Below, one piece after another: positions 1-13,920 of a DNA stretch of 64,000 bases. Under the pieces are notes generated by a model, which saw nothing but the letters and a program-made list of their open reading frames with translations, was not told the origin of the DNA and made no database searches. A program made the position numbers and the translations under genes. Source of the DNA: Octopus vulgaris. Its lineage: Eukaryota. Numbering within the stretch: the stretch's first letter is position 1; each line of letters begins with the position of its first letter. Location of the stretch: positions 60,326,001 through 60,390,000 of the forward strand of contig OX597821.1 of the NCBI GenBank assembly GCA_951406725.2, given 5' to 3'.

Positions 1-284
1 CCCATTTTCTATAGCAATGTTTGAACAAAATTTTAATAATTTTATATTTTGTTGAATTTGCCTGTATCTACCTGCAATTAGAGTCACTTTGTGACAAAAA
101 TTATAGTATAGAATTGGTTGAGAATATTTCATTAAATTATCTTCCAAAAATCACATTAATATATTGATAAATAAAAAAGTTATAGTTGTTTAATGAAACT
201 AGACTAAATTTATGATTATGTTAGAAATTAATTGAAACACATAAGGGGTGTATTTTGGTCAGAAATATAGTAACGAAAGGGTTA
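1..284. mobile_element. End of a piggyBac-type (TTAA) non-autonomous element
   Basis: Ends ...GTAACGAAAGGG|TTAA. The same terminus in inverse orientation (TTAA|CCCTTTCGTTAC) occurs near 62198. Confidence 0.55.
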
Positions 285-915
285 ATGTCTGTGGTCTATG
301 ATGGTATGGGTTGGACAGTTAGACAAAAGCTGGTAAGCCAGAAGTGGACTGTACCAAGTTCCACTGTCTGCTTTGACATGGTTTCTAAGGCTGGGTGCCT
401 TATCTAATGCCAGCCACTTCACAGAGTGTGGTAGCAGCCCCAGTGAGGTCACCAAGCAATTCACAAGACAAGACTCCTCAACTGAATGGCATTTGTAATG
501 TAATCCTCATGTAATCCTAATGATAAACAATATTAGTTGTAACATTTGTGTTACTGTCTCCTTAATGAATCACCCGCGGAAAACGGACATTAAACGATGA
601 TGATGATTAATGTCAATAAAAGCATTTAGACCATTACATGTTCTTGTTTGTCACTTGCAATGGATTTACTTATATACTCATTCAATTTTTATCACATTAG
701 GTAAACAACAGTGTTATCAGTTACAGGTTTCTATTGGTTTACTCAACGATTCGCCAGAATGACAAGGGTTTGTGTGTACAAGTTTATCGAAGGCACACAC
801 ACTCACAAGTAAATATCACAGTGAATATTTTTATTTGAAAGTATCAATTTCCCAGTTTTCTTTGAGAAATGAATATACACCTATGTACATACATACACAC
901 ATATATATATAGCTC

Positions 916-1420
916 AATCATCATTTTTAATCCCCATTTTCCCATGTTTGCATGGTTTGACCAGGTCTTCCCAGTAAAGAGTCTTGCTACTTGTCTGGTC
1001 ACTCACCATTTCTTCTGTGAGGTTTATCATCCTAACATCATCTTTCACCACTTCTGTCCATGTCTTCCTTGATCTTCTTTCATAAGCTTCTTCCATTTTG
1101 ATTAGTTAACCTTCTTTTACTGAACTGCCATCCCTTCAGAGCACACTCAGTTCTTTTCTAGTTTTCACACATATTCTAGATGCAATGCCCATGTTTTCAT
1201 TACCATGCAACATCACACACAGGCATCAGAGAAGATCCCTTTGTTGCTAGCAGTTGTATGAGGTCCTTAAGATTTCCTCCCCTTGTTCTTAGTTAGGTTG
1301 CTATGTTTTTGAAATACCCTCCTTAACTGTTAATTAGATCACCTTGTTAATGGAGAAGCTATCCTTCTACATAGCTTTCCAAGCATTTGGAGAAATTTAT
1401 TTTGCATATACTCTTACCAA
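916..1420 (-). mobile_element. Decayed RTE-clade LINE 3' fragment
   Basis: The minus frame reads RRSRKTWTEVVKDDVRMINLTEEMVSD, resembling the RTE C-terminal RGRPRKTW.EVV..DL. It ends in a (GAT)n-like tail and has degenerate RT-tail sequence upstream. Confidence 0.6.
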
Positions 1421-2703
1421 TAACTATTTCTGTGTGTATCTGCCAAATACAGTCTGTTAGCCTGTCTGTGATCCCACAAGATAGACTTCTGCACTGTTTC
1501 CACTTAAAAAATTTCACTCAATGCATATACTGAAGAGGCTGTGTTGGAACTGAACCTGGAACCATGTGGTTGCATGCACAAGTCATGCTTGCACCATCCA
1601 TTGTTGTTATTTCCTCTCTCTTCTTTAAAAGAAATTTTTTTTTTATTTTGTCAGAGAAAGGATAGCACTTCATAATCTTCATAGACCTCTTAGAGTTTTT
1701 TTTAGCAGTATGTCACAGCTACATTACACAAAGTGTCTTTTCTTCACCTTAGATAGTATCATGTAATTTGACGGAGATTTGGCTACTATTTCTTGCAAAT
1801 CAAGTGATAATGTAAAGGTTCCTTTGTTGGTTCTGGCTTTCTGTATCATCTGTGGAAAATTTGATGAAGCCAAAGTGAAATTAGTCCGTTATACATTGTC
1901 ATTATCACCATTTTATTTCTGGTTTCCATACTGGTATGGGTTGGAAATCACAGCTCACTTGAATTTTCCATTTTTGGTATGGATTCTAAAGCTGGATGCA
2001 ACTTCCTATCATTACCAACTTTACAGAGTACTTTTTTTTAAAATTAAACTTTTCTTAAGCCCTACTATTTGTAAGGCTGGTTAACAATATTCCTAGCAGT
2101 TATATCTGACACTTTCCCCACAAGTGCACTTAACTGTACACGTCTCTTGGAGTAAAAATATATTTTCCTTTGTAAAATCATGACGACATTGTTAGTCACA
2201 GATGTCAGCCCTCTCATTCAACCATGATGGATTATATCATTTACAGATAATGTCTGAGTTGGGTTTAGAAGATAAAGGTATACTCATGATTAAATCAATT
2301 AGAGGAGAATCTGTAAGTAAAAAATAACAAAAATATTCTTTGATGTAGCATGATTATGTTATCAAATCATATCCTTTCTATTTATAGGGATTTAATGCTT
2401 TCTCCAAATATATGGTTAAATGTTGTACTTTTAATGAGAAACTAACACAACAGGGATATTTTATTTTGGAACATGACCACGAACTGATTGGGAGAAGAGA
2501 AGTTTATGAAATTTTCTATTTGGTACATATATTGTGTTGCAGTTTTATAGTTTAATTTCCTTGACACTGTAAAAGATCTCTTGAGAGATGGCTTAAATGA
2601 CACATAGTAATTTATTCCCACCTTCCATTCTGTACTCAATCTCAACACTAAAGCTGACCTTTTTTAGATATCCTATAATTTTCTGGGAGTTACAATTCAG
2701 AGC

Positions 2704-3050
2704 ATCATCATCATCATCATTTAACGTCCGCTTTCCATGCTAGCATGGGTTGGACGATTTGACTGAGGACTGGTGAACCAGAGGGCTGCACCAGGCTCCA
2801 ATCTGATTTGGCAGAGTTTCTACAGCTGGATGCCCTTCCTCATGCCAACCACTCCGAGAGTGTAATGGGTGCTTTTACGTGCCACCGGCACGAGGGCCAG
2901 TCAGGCAGTATTGGCAATGGCCACACTCAAATGGTGCTTTTTATGTGCCACCTGCACAGGAACCTGTCCAGTGGCACTGGCAACGACCTTGCTCGAATGT
3001 TTTCTCACATGCCACTGGCACAAGTGCCAGTAAGGTAATGCTGGTAATGC
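2704..3050 (-). mobile_element. SINE family B (GAT-repeat tail; core TGGCGTTAGGAAGGGCATCCAGCTGTAGAAAC)
   Basis: Very similar to copies at ~19487-20090 and ~31358-31930 (-) and ~44488-44760 and ~63030-63180 (+). Older copies lie at ~3452, 11248, 12625, 28055, 29205, 32313, 36740 and 49990. Confidence 0.85.
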
Positions 3051-4964
3051 CTTACTGGCACCCAGTAAAATTCAGTTCACAACATCTACTGTGATGATCT
3101 GCTTCCAACACCTCAAAAACTATATGTGTAAAACATGTCTTATTACAAGCAAACTCTTCAAAACCCACTAAAACACTTTTGCTAAATATAGTCTACTTTT
3201 GAGATTAAAAAATTAAAAATCCCCAAATCTCAAAAGGTGTTTATTTTATCAAATGAGGACAGATGGCTTTGGCTAAGTTCTAATAAGAATTGTAAGATGC
3301 TGAACTATTTTTGGCTTCTACTGTATCACATCAGATAATCAATATTTTTAATCTTTAATAAATGAATATAAAACACTTAGTGTAGACATGTGACAGAATC
3401 TGTATAAGCAAAAATCTCTAAAGTTGAAATCATCAATTAGTGCTTATACATATCATCATTTAATGTCCATTTTCCCTGCTGGTATGGATTGGACAGTTTG
3501 ACAGGAGCTGGCACAAGCTCCAGTAGTCGGTTTTGGCATCGTTTCTGCAGTTGACGCCCTTCCTAATGCCAACCACTTTATAAAGTGTATTGGGTGCTGG
3601 CATGGGTGTTTTTTATGTGGCACTGGCATGATGCAGGTGATTTAACGTTTTGAATACAAGCACCACTGAGTTAATAATGCAATACTGTTACATTAGGAAC
3701 TCAGACTCCCCATCATCACTGTTTATATTGCTTTTTCAGTTCCACCTAATTACTCAAACTGCCCTTCTAAAATATGAATAGACATTTCTCAACAACAACA
3801 AACCCATTTTATTTTGGTACTTTCTCTCATACTTTATCCTTCTCTTCATTCTCCGAACAAAGTCCATCCCCAACCCTCAGAGTTCATAGTTTTGAAATTG
3901 CATGGCAATCTCACTAGTGCTGCTGCCATAAAAAAGAAAGCACCATGTCAAAGCAGACAATGTAGTCCTTGGACCTATCAATTTGTCCAACCCATGCCAA
4001 CATGGAACATGAATGTTAAACAATGATGATAATCTCAAAAGTTGCTAGGCCTTTCATCAATAAAATATAAGCATGTGCTTCGGGTATCAAAAGAAGAGAC
4101 ACAGCACAACAGAAATAGTAAATAGTTTACAGCACAAAAGAAATCACTTTAAACTTGCTTAAATAATATTTGGGATGCCTTGTCTCTACCAAGTATAGAA
4201 GCAGATGTGTTACATAAGATCAATTTTGAGGATCTGATCAAAGTCTTTGCAAATAAATAAAAGAAGGAGAAAACTTTTCAGATATAAATAAAATGGAAGT
4301 ATACAAAATAAAACATTATTTTCCATCTTACAGTTACTTTTGTTTCATTTTGAAGCATGAAAATTTATTTTGTAGCTTATTATCATTTATATGTCAAAGG
4401 TGGTGAGCTGGCAGAATCATTAGCACACTAGACTTTGCGGCATTTTGTCCATCTTTATGTTCTGAGTTCAAATTCCACCAAGGTCAAATTTGCCTTTCAT
4501 CCTTTTGGGGGTTGATGAAATAAGTAGTTCAGGAACTTGTGCCTTTAGTACAAAGCATTACTGTTTATATTTTGAATTACATATATATGGGGACAAAAAA
4601 CTCTTAAGTGCTTAGGGCCTCAATCCGGCCCTAACAGGTGCGAGAACCTAGATATATCTATTTTTGAACATCAAACAGGTAGAACCATGTCTGGTTTAAA
4701 TGCTAAAAGGTTGAAGACTCACATACCATACTATTCAAATATCTTCTTCAGGAAAAGCATCCTATTTTGTTTGTTAAATTATGTCTGGTTGGAAGATAGA
4801 CACCAAATCAACATCATAAGCACATGCAAATACACTAACGTGTAATTTTGTTTTAACCCGAAAGTACGTAGTTGTACAGTGAACTTCTCGACCAAGCATC
4901 CATTCACGCCTGTGGTAGAAATACACACATTTCACATTTAGAAGTTATTTTTTCTCTTTTTCTC

Positions 4965-5094
4965 TTTTACTTGTTTCAGTCATTTGACTGCGGCCATGCT
5001 GGAGCACCGCCTTCAGTCAAGGAAATCGACCCCAGGACTTATTCTTTGGAAGCCTAGTACTACGGTTGTCAAGCTATGTTGGGGGCACAAACAT

Positions 5095-5145
<51 letters not shown>

Positions 5146-5315
5146 TATATATGCTATGGGCTTCTTTCAGTTTCTGTCTACCAAATCCACTCACAAGGCT
5201 TTGGTCGACCCGAGGCTATTGTAGAACACACTTGCCCAAGGTGCCACGCAGTGGGAATGAACCCAGAACGATGTGGTTGGTAAGCAAGCTACTTACCACA
5301 CAACCACTCCTGTAC
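4965..5315 (-). mobile_element. tRNA-derived SINE family A (internal TA/TG microsatellite; tail GACTGAAACAAGTAAAAGAG)
   Basis: The head has A-box and B-box-like motifs (TGGCTGTGTGG ... GGTTCAGTCC), and there are more than 12 copies in the window. Confidence 0.88.
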
Positions 5316-5394
5316 CTATATCTATCATTTCTACTTCATAAATGAGATACTGAAGCTTTCATGAGAAAGTGGGCTAAAAGTCAGTCAGTTAACT

Positions 5395-5750
5395 GTCATT
5401 AGATTGTGGCCATGCTGGAGTACCACCTCAAACGGTTTAGTCCAACAAATCAACCACCACCCCCAGTACTTATGCTATAAATTTGATATTTCGTCTATTG
5501 GTTTCTTTTGTCATACTGCTAAATGATGAGGGATGTAAATAAATCAACACTGGACGTCAAGCAATGAGGAGAGGACAAACATAATACACACACGATAGGC
5601 TTCCACATAGTTTCCATCCACCGAATTCACTCACAAAGACAATGGTCAACTCAAAACTATAGTAGAAGACACTTGCCCAAGATGCCATGCAGTGGGACTG
5701 AACCTGAAACCACATGGTTGCAAAGTAAGGTTCTTAACCACACAGCCATG
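5395..5750 (-). mobile_element. SINE family A, older copy
   Basis: Same head and tail motifs, more diverged. Confidence 0.75.
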
Positions 5751-6413
5751 GCTAAGACAAATCCTGAAGAATCACGACAAGTAATGTAACTGGATAAGGT
5801 ACTCTCTATTTGCCCCAGTCCGTTTAGCTGACAACAGTTTTAACTAATACATCACGGTTGAGTTATTACTGGCAGAAAGTACATTCAACAGTAAAAAAAA
5901 AATAAAATAAAATAAAAAAAAAAATATTTAGTACAACAGCATGTAATAATTAGAATATTCCCTTCCCATACTGAAAAAGACTGGAAAAAGAAAAGAAATT
6001 AAATTGAAATCTTGGAAATATAATTTGTGAATTTACTTGAGAATGCTCATAAAAGCTGTACATCACTCTGATTTATCAGGCAGATGTAAAATTTTACTGA
6101 TCTTTTATTTCACATCTAGCTGTTGAGGTATCTAGACCTGGGTATCTATATTTGAATATAACACAGGTATGCTAATACTAGGTAAATTTTTCAAGTTAAG
6201 CACATGAAGATAGGGGAAGAGAAATGTAGATCTAAGTTACATTTCGTACATATGCCTCTAAAGTCTTGCTCCCCATTTGATTAATTTCCAGGAATTTTGG
6301 TTACAAAACAGGTAGTGTTACAACTTTTTGAAATAATTTGATTGTCTTTCTTCTTGTCTACAGAGATGTCGCCATGAAAATTTTGACTAGTTTCTGCCTT
6401 CTTTCATACCTGG

Positions 6414-6424
6414 TTATTTCTCTG
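6414..6424 (-). CDS. Tentative terminal coding exon (T-E-K-stop)
   Basis: Acceptor CTTTTCTAG|CA GAG AAA TAA fits the phase-1 donor of exon 7, and AT-rich UTR-like sequence follows. There is no independent support. Confidence 0.35.
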
Positions 6425-6477
6425 CTAGAAAAGCTTAATATAAATGAAATCTGAAGAGCTATCAAATATATATGTAT

Positions 6478-6855
6478 ATAATAATGAAATTATTGTATAC
6501 AGTGCTCAGGTGCACCACAACTTGTCAGAAAGTGCGTATAAAGTGTATGCAGTAATGTACAAATGTCTGGAAAGCGAACAATGTATGAGTCAGACACATG
6601 CTTGTGTGTGTATGGAGGGGAGGAAATCAGGTGTAGTGTTGGCGAATCTCAGAAAGCATGGAAGTTTTGAAGGATGCAGTGCTCCGACAACTAACAACCG
6701 ATGCCGGCAGTTTGTTCCATGCTTCAGCAACTCTCAGCGTGAAAAAATGTTTCCTAAAGTCATGGGAGCTGTGCTGTTTTCTGACTTTGTAAATATGTCC
6801 ACGGGTGTTAGACGGGTGGAGTTTGAAAAGGTGCTCAGAGTTATTGTTTGTAAGA
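6478..6855 (-). mobile_element. 3' fragment of the same CR1/L2-type LINE as 56787-58410
   Basis: Reverse complement of ~58029-58400 with few differences; explains the spurious ORF 6444..6926. Confidence 0.9.
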
Positions 6856-7004
6856 CCAGCGGTTATGGCATTACATTTAATTCCTTCATGTTCGTTTCAA
6901 CAATACATGACCCAAATGCATCATGAATAATAAATATGTCTGATGAGTGAAACATGGATCACATGTAATATGTTGAAATATTACATGGCCACTTATGTTC
7001 ATTT

Positions 7005-7375
7005 TTTATCTTTTATTTGTTTCAGTCCGTAGACTGTGGCCATGCTGGGGCACTGCCTCGAAAAGCTTTTAGTTGAATGAATTGACCCCAGAACTTATTT
7101 TTAAAAGCCTGGTACTTATTCTATTTTGATGAACTGCTAAGTCACAGCGATGTAAATGCACCAACACCGGTTGTCAAGTGATGGTGGTGGACCAACAGAC
7201 ACACACTCACACATATAAAACAAGCTTCTTTCAGTTTCCGTCTACCAAATCCACTCACAAGACTTTGGTCAGCTTGAGGCTATAGCAGAAGACACTTAGC
7301 CAAGGTGCCACACAGTGGGACTGAACCCAGAATCATGTGGTTGGGGAGCAAATTTTTTACCACACAGCCACGCCT
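7005..7375 (-). mobile_element. SINE family A
   Basis: Full head-to-tail match to the other copies. Confidence 0.85.
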
Positions 7376-8102
7376 GATGGATCTCAACCATGTGTTGTTG
7401 AAATGATCTTAATGAAAGAATAAATGTAATACCATAACCTCCATTCTAGGAATTATTGTATCATATTCTGCTACTAATAAAAAATCCCTGGAATCAGTTT
7501 GCATTAATGGTTTCCTTTAAAGGAAATTATTTAAACACTGTTAGCCAGTATTTGTAGGAGTGCTAACTGAGGATACAACCCGGGTTTATAAATTCTCTTT
7601 TATCCAATATGTATATTTTAAAAACTCCTAATTAAAAAAATTAAATTAAATTGAATAATTCCTAAAACCTGGTATGATCACAATTTTTATGTTTTCCCCA
7701 CTTTGCCTTTTTTTTTTTTTAAATCAATGAAAGCTATGAGATTTCATCTAAATACTAAACTAAATTTTCAATTGTTAGATTCCCCAAAACAGAAAGTTAA
7801 TAACAACAAACATTCGATAAATTCCTCACAAAAATAAATTATACGTGTTAAGAAAATAAAATAAAAGTTTAGCAGGAAAACCGGAATAAAATTTGTGAGA
7901 TGTCTTATGGAATGATGAGAAACATTCCCAGAAGAAGTATATATTGTATGAAGAAAGAGTTTGATGTTATTCACGGAGAATAAGACAAGTATGTGTGAAA
8001 GTGAGCCATCTTAGAGCGGGAAATTATGACTGGTGGTTAAATAAAAAGTCGGAGATTGCAACATCCGTTGCAACAAAAAGAAAATGGTAAGCAAGAACTT
8101 AC

Positions 8103-8217
8103 TGGCATTGAGCTCGGTTTTAGAGGCAAGAATAGATTCCTTTGTATGGGCTTGTACGGGCTTAGTATCCAACGCCTTTTTACTTTTATCAGCTAGTTTA
8201 TTATTGTCTTCTATCAC
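8103..8217 (-). CDS. Coding exon 7: VIEDNNKLADKSKKALDTKPVQAHTKESILASKTELNA
   Basis: Acceptor TCTTTGTTGTAG|; consensus donor A|GTAAGT at 8102; 115 nt; phase 0/1. Confidence 0.8.
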
Positions 8218-9124
8218 CTACAACAAAGATAACATTATCAAGAATAAATTTTCTATCTACTTAATGGTAACGGCTATGAAGTGGTACCCTAAAGACGTTA
8301 CAAAACTTAATTAGAGAGATAAATAAAAAAAAGAAGAGAAAATAAACAGAAAACAAAATGAAAAGAAAATTCTTGCCCTGCCCCAAATTTCCATTCCTTT
8401 CATTTATTAAGGTGTTCCTAGTTTGATGAGTTTAATTTTGAGTATTGATTACTTTTCTACCTTACATGTATCAGTTTCTAAAATTAGGACCTAACTGACC
8501 CTAAACAGTTATTACTACTCATTTGTGATAAGATTGCTGAAAACATTTCAATGAAATACTCTAGATATACGATACAGAAGTTAGACTAAAATAAAGTGTG
8601 ATTGGTCCCTTTTGCCATTTTCTACTTTCCCCTTATAGTTTGTGTCTAAACTTTGGCTTAAAATTGTTATAATATCCCAGAGAAATCAAAGTAAAACTAC
8701 ACTATAATTAATTATCCTATTTTTCTTCAATAGCATTTGATTTCGGTGTTATACACAACATCAATGTAGAGATATTTCTCTTCACCGTTCCGCTTTGAAT
8801 AGACAAGTACAATATCCTTGATTGTTTTATTTAAAAGAATGGTTCCCATGTGTGATGAAAGAAGCAACGTCAAAATACAATACATAAAATAAAAAAAAAA
8901 ATAGCATTCATGTAATTTGTTAAAAAATGTTTTAATTGCACAAAAAATATGGAAAGCTAGATGGTTATTCTACAAACACAAAAAAAAAAGTTTGTTTCTT
9001 CCATTTGTTTTTGGTTTTACTAATGCTTGTGCCATGTAACATAGTTTTATGATGTTTAGAAAGAAAATCATATCTAGGTAATGCCTGTCAACATTGGACT
9101 ACTTAATAATATCACATTGGTGCC

Positions 9125-9365
9125 AACTAGTTGGGCACAGTTGATACACACTAATTAGATGAACACAGCCAGCTGACATTTACTAATTAAAGTACACAGT
9201 CTGTAAACATTAACTAGTTAGGCACAGCTTGTAGACACTGATTGGTTTGGCATACAGCCTCTGAATGTCAATTAAATAGGCACAACCTGTAAACATTTAT
9301 TAGATAGACAGATTGTAGAATGTCAGATAAATTAGACAGACAGCAGAATGTCAAAAAATAGACAT
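9125..9365. repeat. Degenerate ~27-30-bp intronic minisatellite (consensus ~AATTAGTTAGGCACAGCYTGTAAACACT)
   Basis: About 7-8 successive units can be aligned by eye. Confidence 0.7.
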
Positions 9366-10047
9366 TGTCTGTGATTGGCTACTAGTAAGAATGCGTCTTG
9401 GACATATTTATTTACAATAAATATTGACTCTTTGCAGAGAGGAAAAGAAAGAGGATTACTTAAGGACTAATTGAACCAATGTAAAACTGTCAAAAAGGTC
9501 TTTGATATTATAAATAAGTTTTAAACATCACTGAAATTTCAAAGCAGTTAAAAAAATATATATATATAATACATATATATATTTCAAATATAATCATTTT
9601 TTTTTTCTTGCTTGTCAAGAAAATTGACAAAAATCTTTGAATGACAAAGTATTATCCATAGATCTGAGCTAACCTTTTTTTTTTCTTTTATTTTGTGCTG
9701 TCCTGACGATTGGGCAGGGGAAGTATAACAACATCAACAACAACATTAATAACATAAAAAAAAAAAGAAAAGAAATAGAATGAGAACTGAAATATTGCAG
9801 GATATGTTAGTCTAAGTAGGAGGAAGGAGGGAAGGTTGGAAAGAATGGGCAGGGGTGTCTCTTGTTTTTTTGTTTGTTTGTTTATTTTTATGTTTGTTTT
9901 GATTGTTATATTGTTAAAAGATCTCTAAACAATATTGTAGTGACTGCCTCTAGTCTTTCCTGACAGCGATCCACGCAGAATGACAGTCAAGCCAAGACAG
10001 TCTTATAATATGTACAGTGAGAAAGGATGCAGTCACTAATGGTTTAC

Positions 10048-10371
10048 CTTTTCGGGTGAATTTTGCTTATTTTTCTTCTTTTTTGGACTTTTTACATCTT
10101 TATTTGATGTTTCATCGTTTTCCAATTTTATCATCATTTTTTCCTCTGCATCTGCAGTATTTTTAGTATTTTTTTTTTTAGATTGTGTATTTTTGTTATT
10201 CTCTTGTTGTTGGTTTGGCTTTGTAGCCATCTTCTCAGGTTTTGGTGAGCCTTTCTCACCCTGTTGCTGGTTAGGTTGAGCAGGTTTTTTGTTTCGCTTT
10301 TTTTTGCCAGGACTTGTTTCTTGGGGACTGCAGGCATTTTCTTTTTCAGGATAAGGTATAAGAACAAAATC
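10048..10371 (-). CDS. Coding exon 6 (108 aa): DFVLIPYPEKENACSPQETSPGKKKRNKK...KQNSPEK
   Basis: Poly-T acceptor TTTTTACAG|; donor AAG|GTAAAC; 324 nt; phase 0/0; same frame as ORF 10036..10230. Confidence 0.87.
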
Positions 10372-11555
10372 CTGTAAAAAAAAAAAAAATACAATAAATA
10401 AAATAAATGCTAGTGTTTATTCTTGAAATTTCTAAATGAGAAAGAAAAACAAAAATGATTACAGCTAGCATTTTTACCGGCTGGACCTAGGACCATTTCA
10501 TTCTGCCTCTAATATGTATTATGTTTTTAAACACAGCATGTCCATATGAGATATTGTCTCAAGACAAATACCACAGTAAATATGCCAATCACAATGTATT
10601 AACATTAAGGATGGCAATTTTAGTATAATACTCTTCTGTTGTATACAGAGAATTTTTATTCAGTAGATCAGCTATTTACAACATCATTGATAGTTTATTC
10701 ACTGTTTTCATATATTAGTGGCGACAAATTTCATCTAGGCATGCAGTTTCTCTGTGAGTACATGCTACTGACAAAGCCCAATGAGACATACATACTTTTA
10801 ACATTCTCACCAGCCACTACTAGCATGATTTTCATCTGCTTCCAATATATGTGCTTTTAAACATAGGACATTCACATGAGACATACTAATGTATTAATGC
10901 TAAGTTTGATACAAAACTGGCTATTTTAATCTAGAATATGTTTAAAACCCAGGAATCATTAGGCTGACAGGGTGACATAATTTGATCAAATAACATAGGA
11001 TAAAAACTGGTTTTTGAAAGGTCATTTCTCACAAATGCATATGTAGAAATATTGAAACAGAGGAATTAATGAAAATATTAGCTTAATAATAATCACCACC
11101 AGAGCATATGCTGTTTTCTATTCCTCATAAGAATGTTTACAAAATTGTTACTAAAACACATTTCTTTTTTTCTGTTTCAGGCTAAACCATTTTATTTCAA
11201 GCGAAACGTAATTGATCAACATTCATTTATTCAATTTTATCATCAGCATCATTTAATGTCCATCTTCCATGCTGGCAAGACCAAGAACTGCACCAGGTCC
11301 CATAGTCTGATTTGGTCTGGATTTCTACAGCTCGATGCCCTTCCTAACACCAATCACTTGCAAAATATAAAAATAGAACACATTCAGTCAACTATGCCTC
11401 CCTCCAGTGTACTGGATGCTTTACATGTGGTACCAGCACCAGTGCAACAACAATTTGTTTCCATCATATATCAATAACATTTCAATATCAGGAATTTCTA
11501 ATCTATGATAATTTCTTCCATGTGAAAGATAAAACAAAAAAAAACTTTCTCTTAC

Positions 11556-11705
11556 TTGTTCAACTATTTCTCCCAAGGGAGTTTTATTTCTGGCTGGAGA
11601 TTTTTTAGATGCTTGAACTGGAGGGATTTCTTCAAAGTTAGAATTGTTCTTAGATTGAACAAATTTAGCTTCTGAGGCTGATTCCTTGTTACCAGCTTTA
11701 GATTC
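11556..11705 (-). CDS. Coding exon 5 (50 aa): ESKAGNKESASEAK...KTPLGEIVEQ
   Basis: Acceptor CTTTTTCTGTCTCATATAG|; donor CAA|GTAAGA; 150 nt; phase 0/0; no stop codons. Confidence 0.85.
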
Positions 11706-13920
11706 CTATATGAGACAGAAAAAGGAAGATAAGCAACATTGAAAAACAACAAATCATTACTGCTGCCAGCAATGTAAAAAGACATCTTGTATGAAGACAT
11801 TTGTTTTTATAGATAAAATATTTTATATCAGCAGAGTCTCACACTTTTGGCAAGATTTGATAATAAAATATAACATTATAAACAAAAAGCATTAAAAAAT
11901 TTGTCAGAAAAATACTTCTAATTTGCTAAATATTTAAAGGATTTACAAGAAACAAACCAAGTCTGATTGGATATTAAAACTTTTTCAAGTTTTGCTCTTT
12001 CAAATGTGATCTTACCCATTAGGCTAGGCTGACATGAAAAAATAGAACTCAAAAGATTTCTGCTAATAAAAAGAACTTATGCCATGTCCAATCAAACACC
12101 ACTTAAAAATAAGATTTTCTGAAGTTATTGCAAACTTGTTAAGTATTTGTTAAAGACTAGTTTCACTGGCAAAGTAAGGCATATACATTTAACAGCGCAA
12201 ATACCCATTGAAGAACTGAAGCAGTTTAATCTGTGGAAGCCATTAGAAGTTAGGATATACTATCTTACCCTTGTTAACATAGAGGCTCATTAAAATGATA
12301 TTAATGACTAACAGGTAAATATTTCTTTAAACTGTTACTAGTGTTACAATGGTAAAAGAAACACTGTTGCTGCTGCAACTTTCACCATTATGACTATTTT
12401 TGTTTGAAGATATAGCTATAGAGACTAGATTGGTGGAAATTACTGAAGCAACAGATTACCAGACTGAATCCATTACAGAGATTAAGTTTTTCCTTCTTAA
12501 CTCCAGAGTTATCACTTTTTATTTTTCTGGAGGTTAATAAAATAACAACTTGCAAAATGTAATAATAGAACCAATTCAGTCAACTATGTCTTCTTCCTGA
12601 GAAAATTGTCCTTGAACCCATAAACATCATTTAACATCTGTTTTCCATGCTGGCATGGGTTGGACAGTTTGACAGGATTTCACAAGCCACAGAGCCATGT
12701 TGAGCCCTGGTGTTGGGTTTCTATGGCTGGATGCCCTTCCTCACACCAGTCAATTTATTGGGTGTGTACTGGGTACTTATTTCATGTTACTGGCATTTGA
12801 GAGGTTTACCAAGTAGGTTGCAAGACTAGAAAAGGACAAGAAATGGAGAAGCCCACCTCCCCTAAGTGAGGTGGGCAGAAGTATTCAAGAAGGAAAAGAG
12901 TTGGCTTTATGCCGGATATTGGGAGGCTAAAGTATGATAGAAGAACAAGCACAGGTGTCTGGCTATAGATCAGATGTATGACTACTGTATTATATAAGGG
13001 CAGGTGGGAGTAACTGGGAAGATAGTGATGATAGGATGTCAGAACAAAACCCTTAAAAAGCAAAGAAATTAAAACAATATATCCTAAGTTCCAAGACACA
13101 TTTTAAGGCCTATATTTAGCTCCTGTTTTTAAAGCCTTAAATCAGCAAGAATCCCTGTTTTAATACATAGTTACACGAGTTTATTATAGATAACATTGCC
13201 AGGTGATATGATATCTTTCAAACAACTATAATGTAACTATATAGATATGCAATGAAACATCTACAGAGGAATCAAACTCTGACTTCATATCTATTTGGCC
13301 ATGTTGCTTTAATTTACAAAAAAAAAAAAAAAAAAGGAACAAGATCATGTTAGGAAATATATGGAGTCTTTATAGGCTGACTGGACATCATAAACTGACA
13401 ACACTGCATTAGCGAAGCAATTTTGTTTCTGACTTGAGATGTAGTGGTAACAGTCATTCAAGAATGGACAGAACAGACATATCTATCATTTCGGTAATTT
13501 CTTCAGTTGTAACTGGCCTGACAACCCTGGTATGCATCCACAGGCAAAACTCAGAGTAGCAAGAGACTAACTTGACCAAAATAAGTATATTATTAATCTC
13601 TACTATGGTATCAAATACTCTTTCTTTTAACAACTAACACTATATATGTGTGTGTGTGTACATATATATCAAAACAGGAGATTAGAAAGAGTTTTGGGTT
13701 TTATTTAATTCCCATTCATTTTCCCCAATCTCCTGTTTTGATATGTAATTACTCTGAAAAACTATTTCCCAGTATTTTTCAACTCTTGTGCATTCCCCAC
13801 ACAAATACAACACCTACACACAACTTTGTAGTACTGGAATAAGCAGATGTGTTTCATGAGGACACAGCTTGGATTATAACCTTAACCCACATAATATATA
13901 TACTAAATAGGGAGACTTAC

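Noticed and set aside
4984-5345. Recurring ORFs with HTHTH/YIYIY and LPNPLTRLW or QIHSQGFG peptides (also near 25448, 30926, 33548, 44376 and 45697)
   Set aside because: They are translations of SINE family A and its microsatellite.
6444-6926. 160-aa plus-strand ORF
   Set aside because: It is the antisense reading of a LINE 3' fragment; the same peptide appears antisense at 57837-58373.
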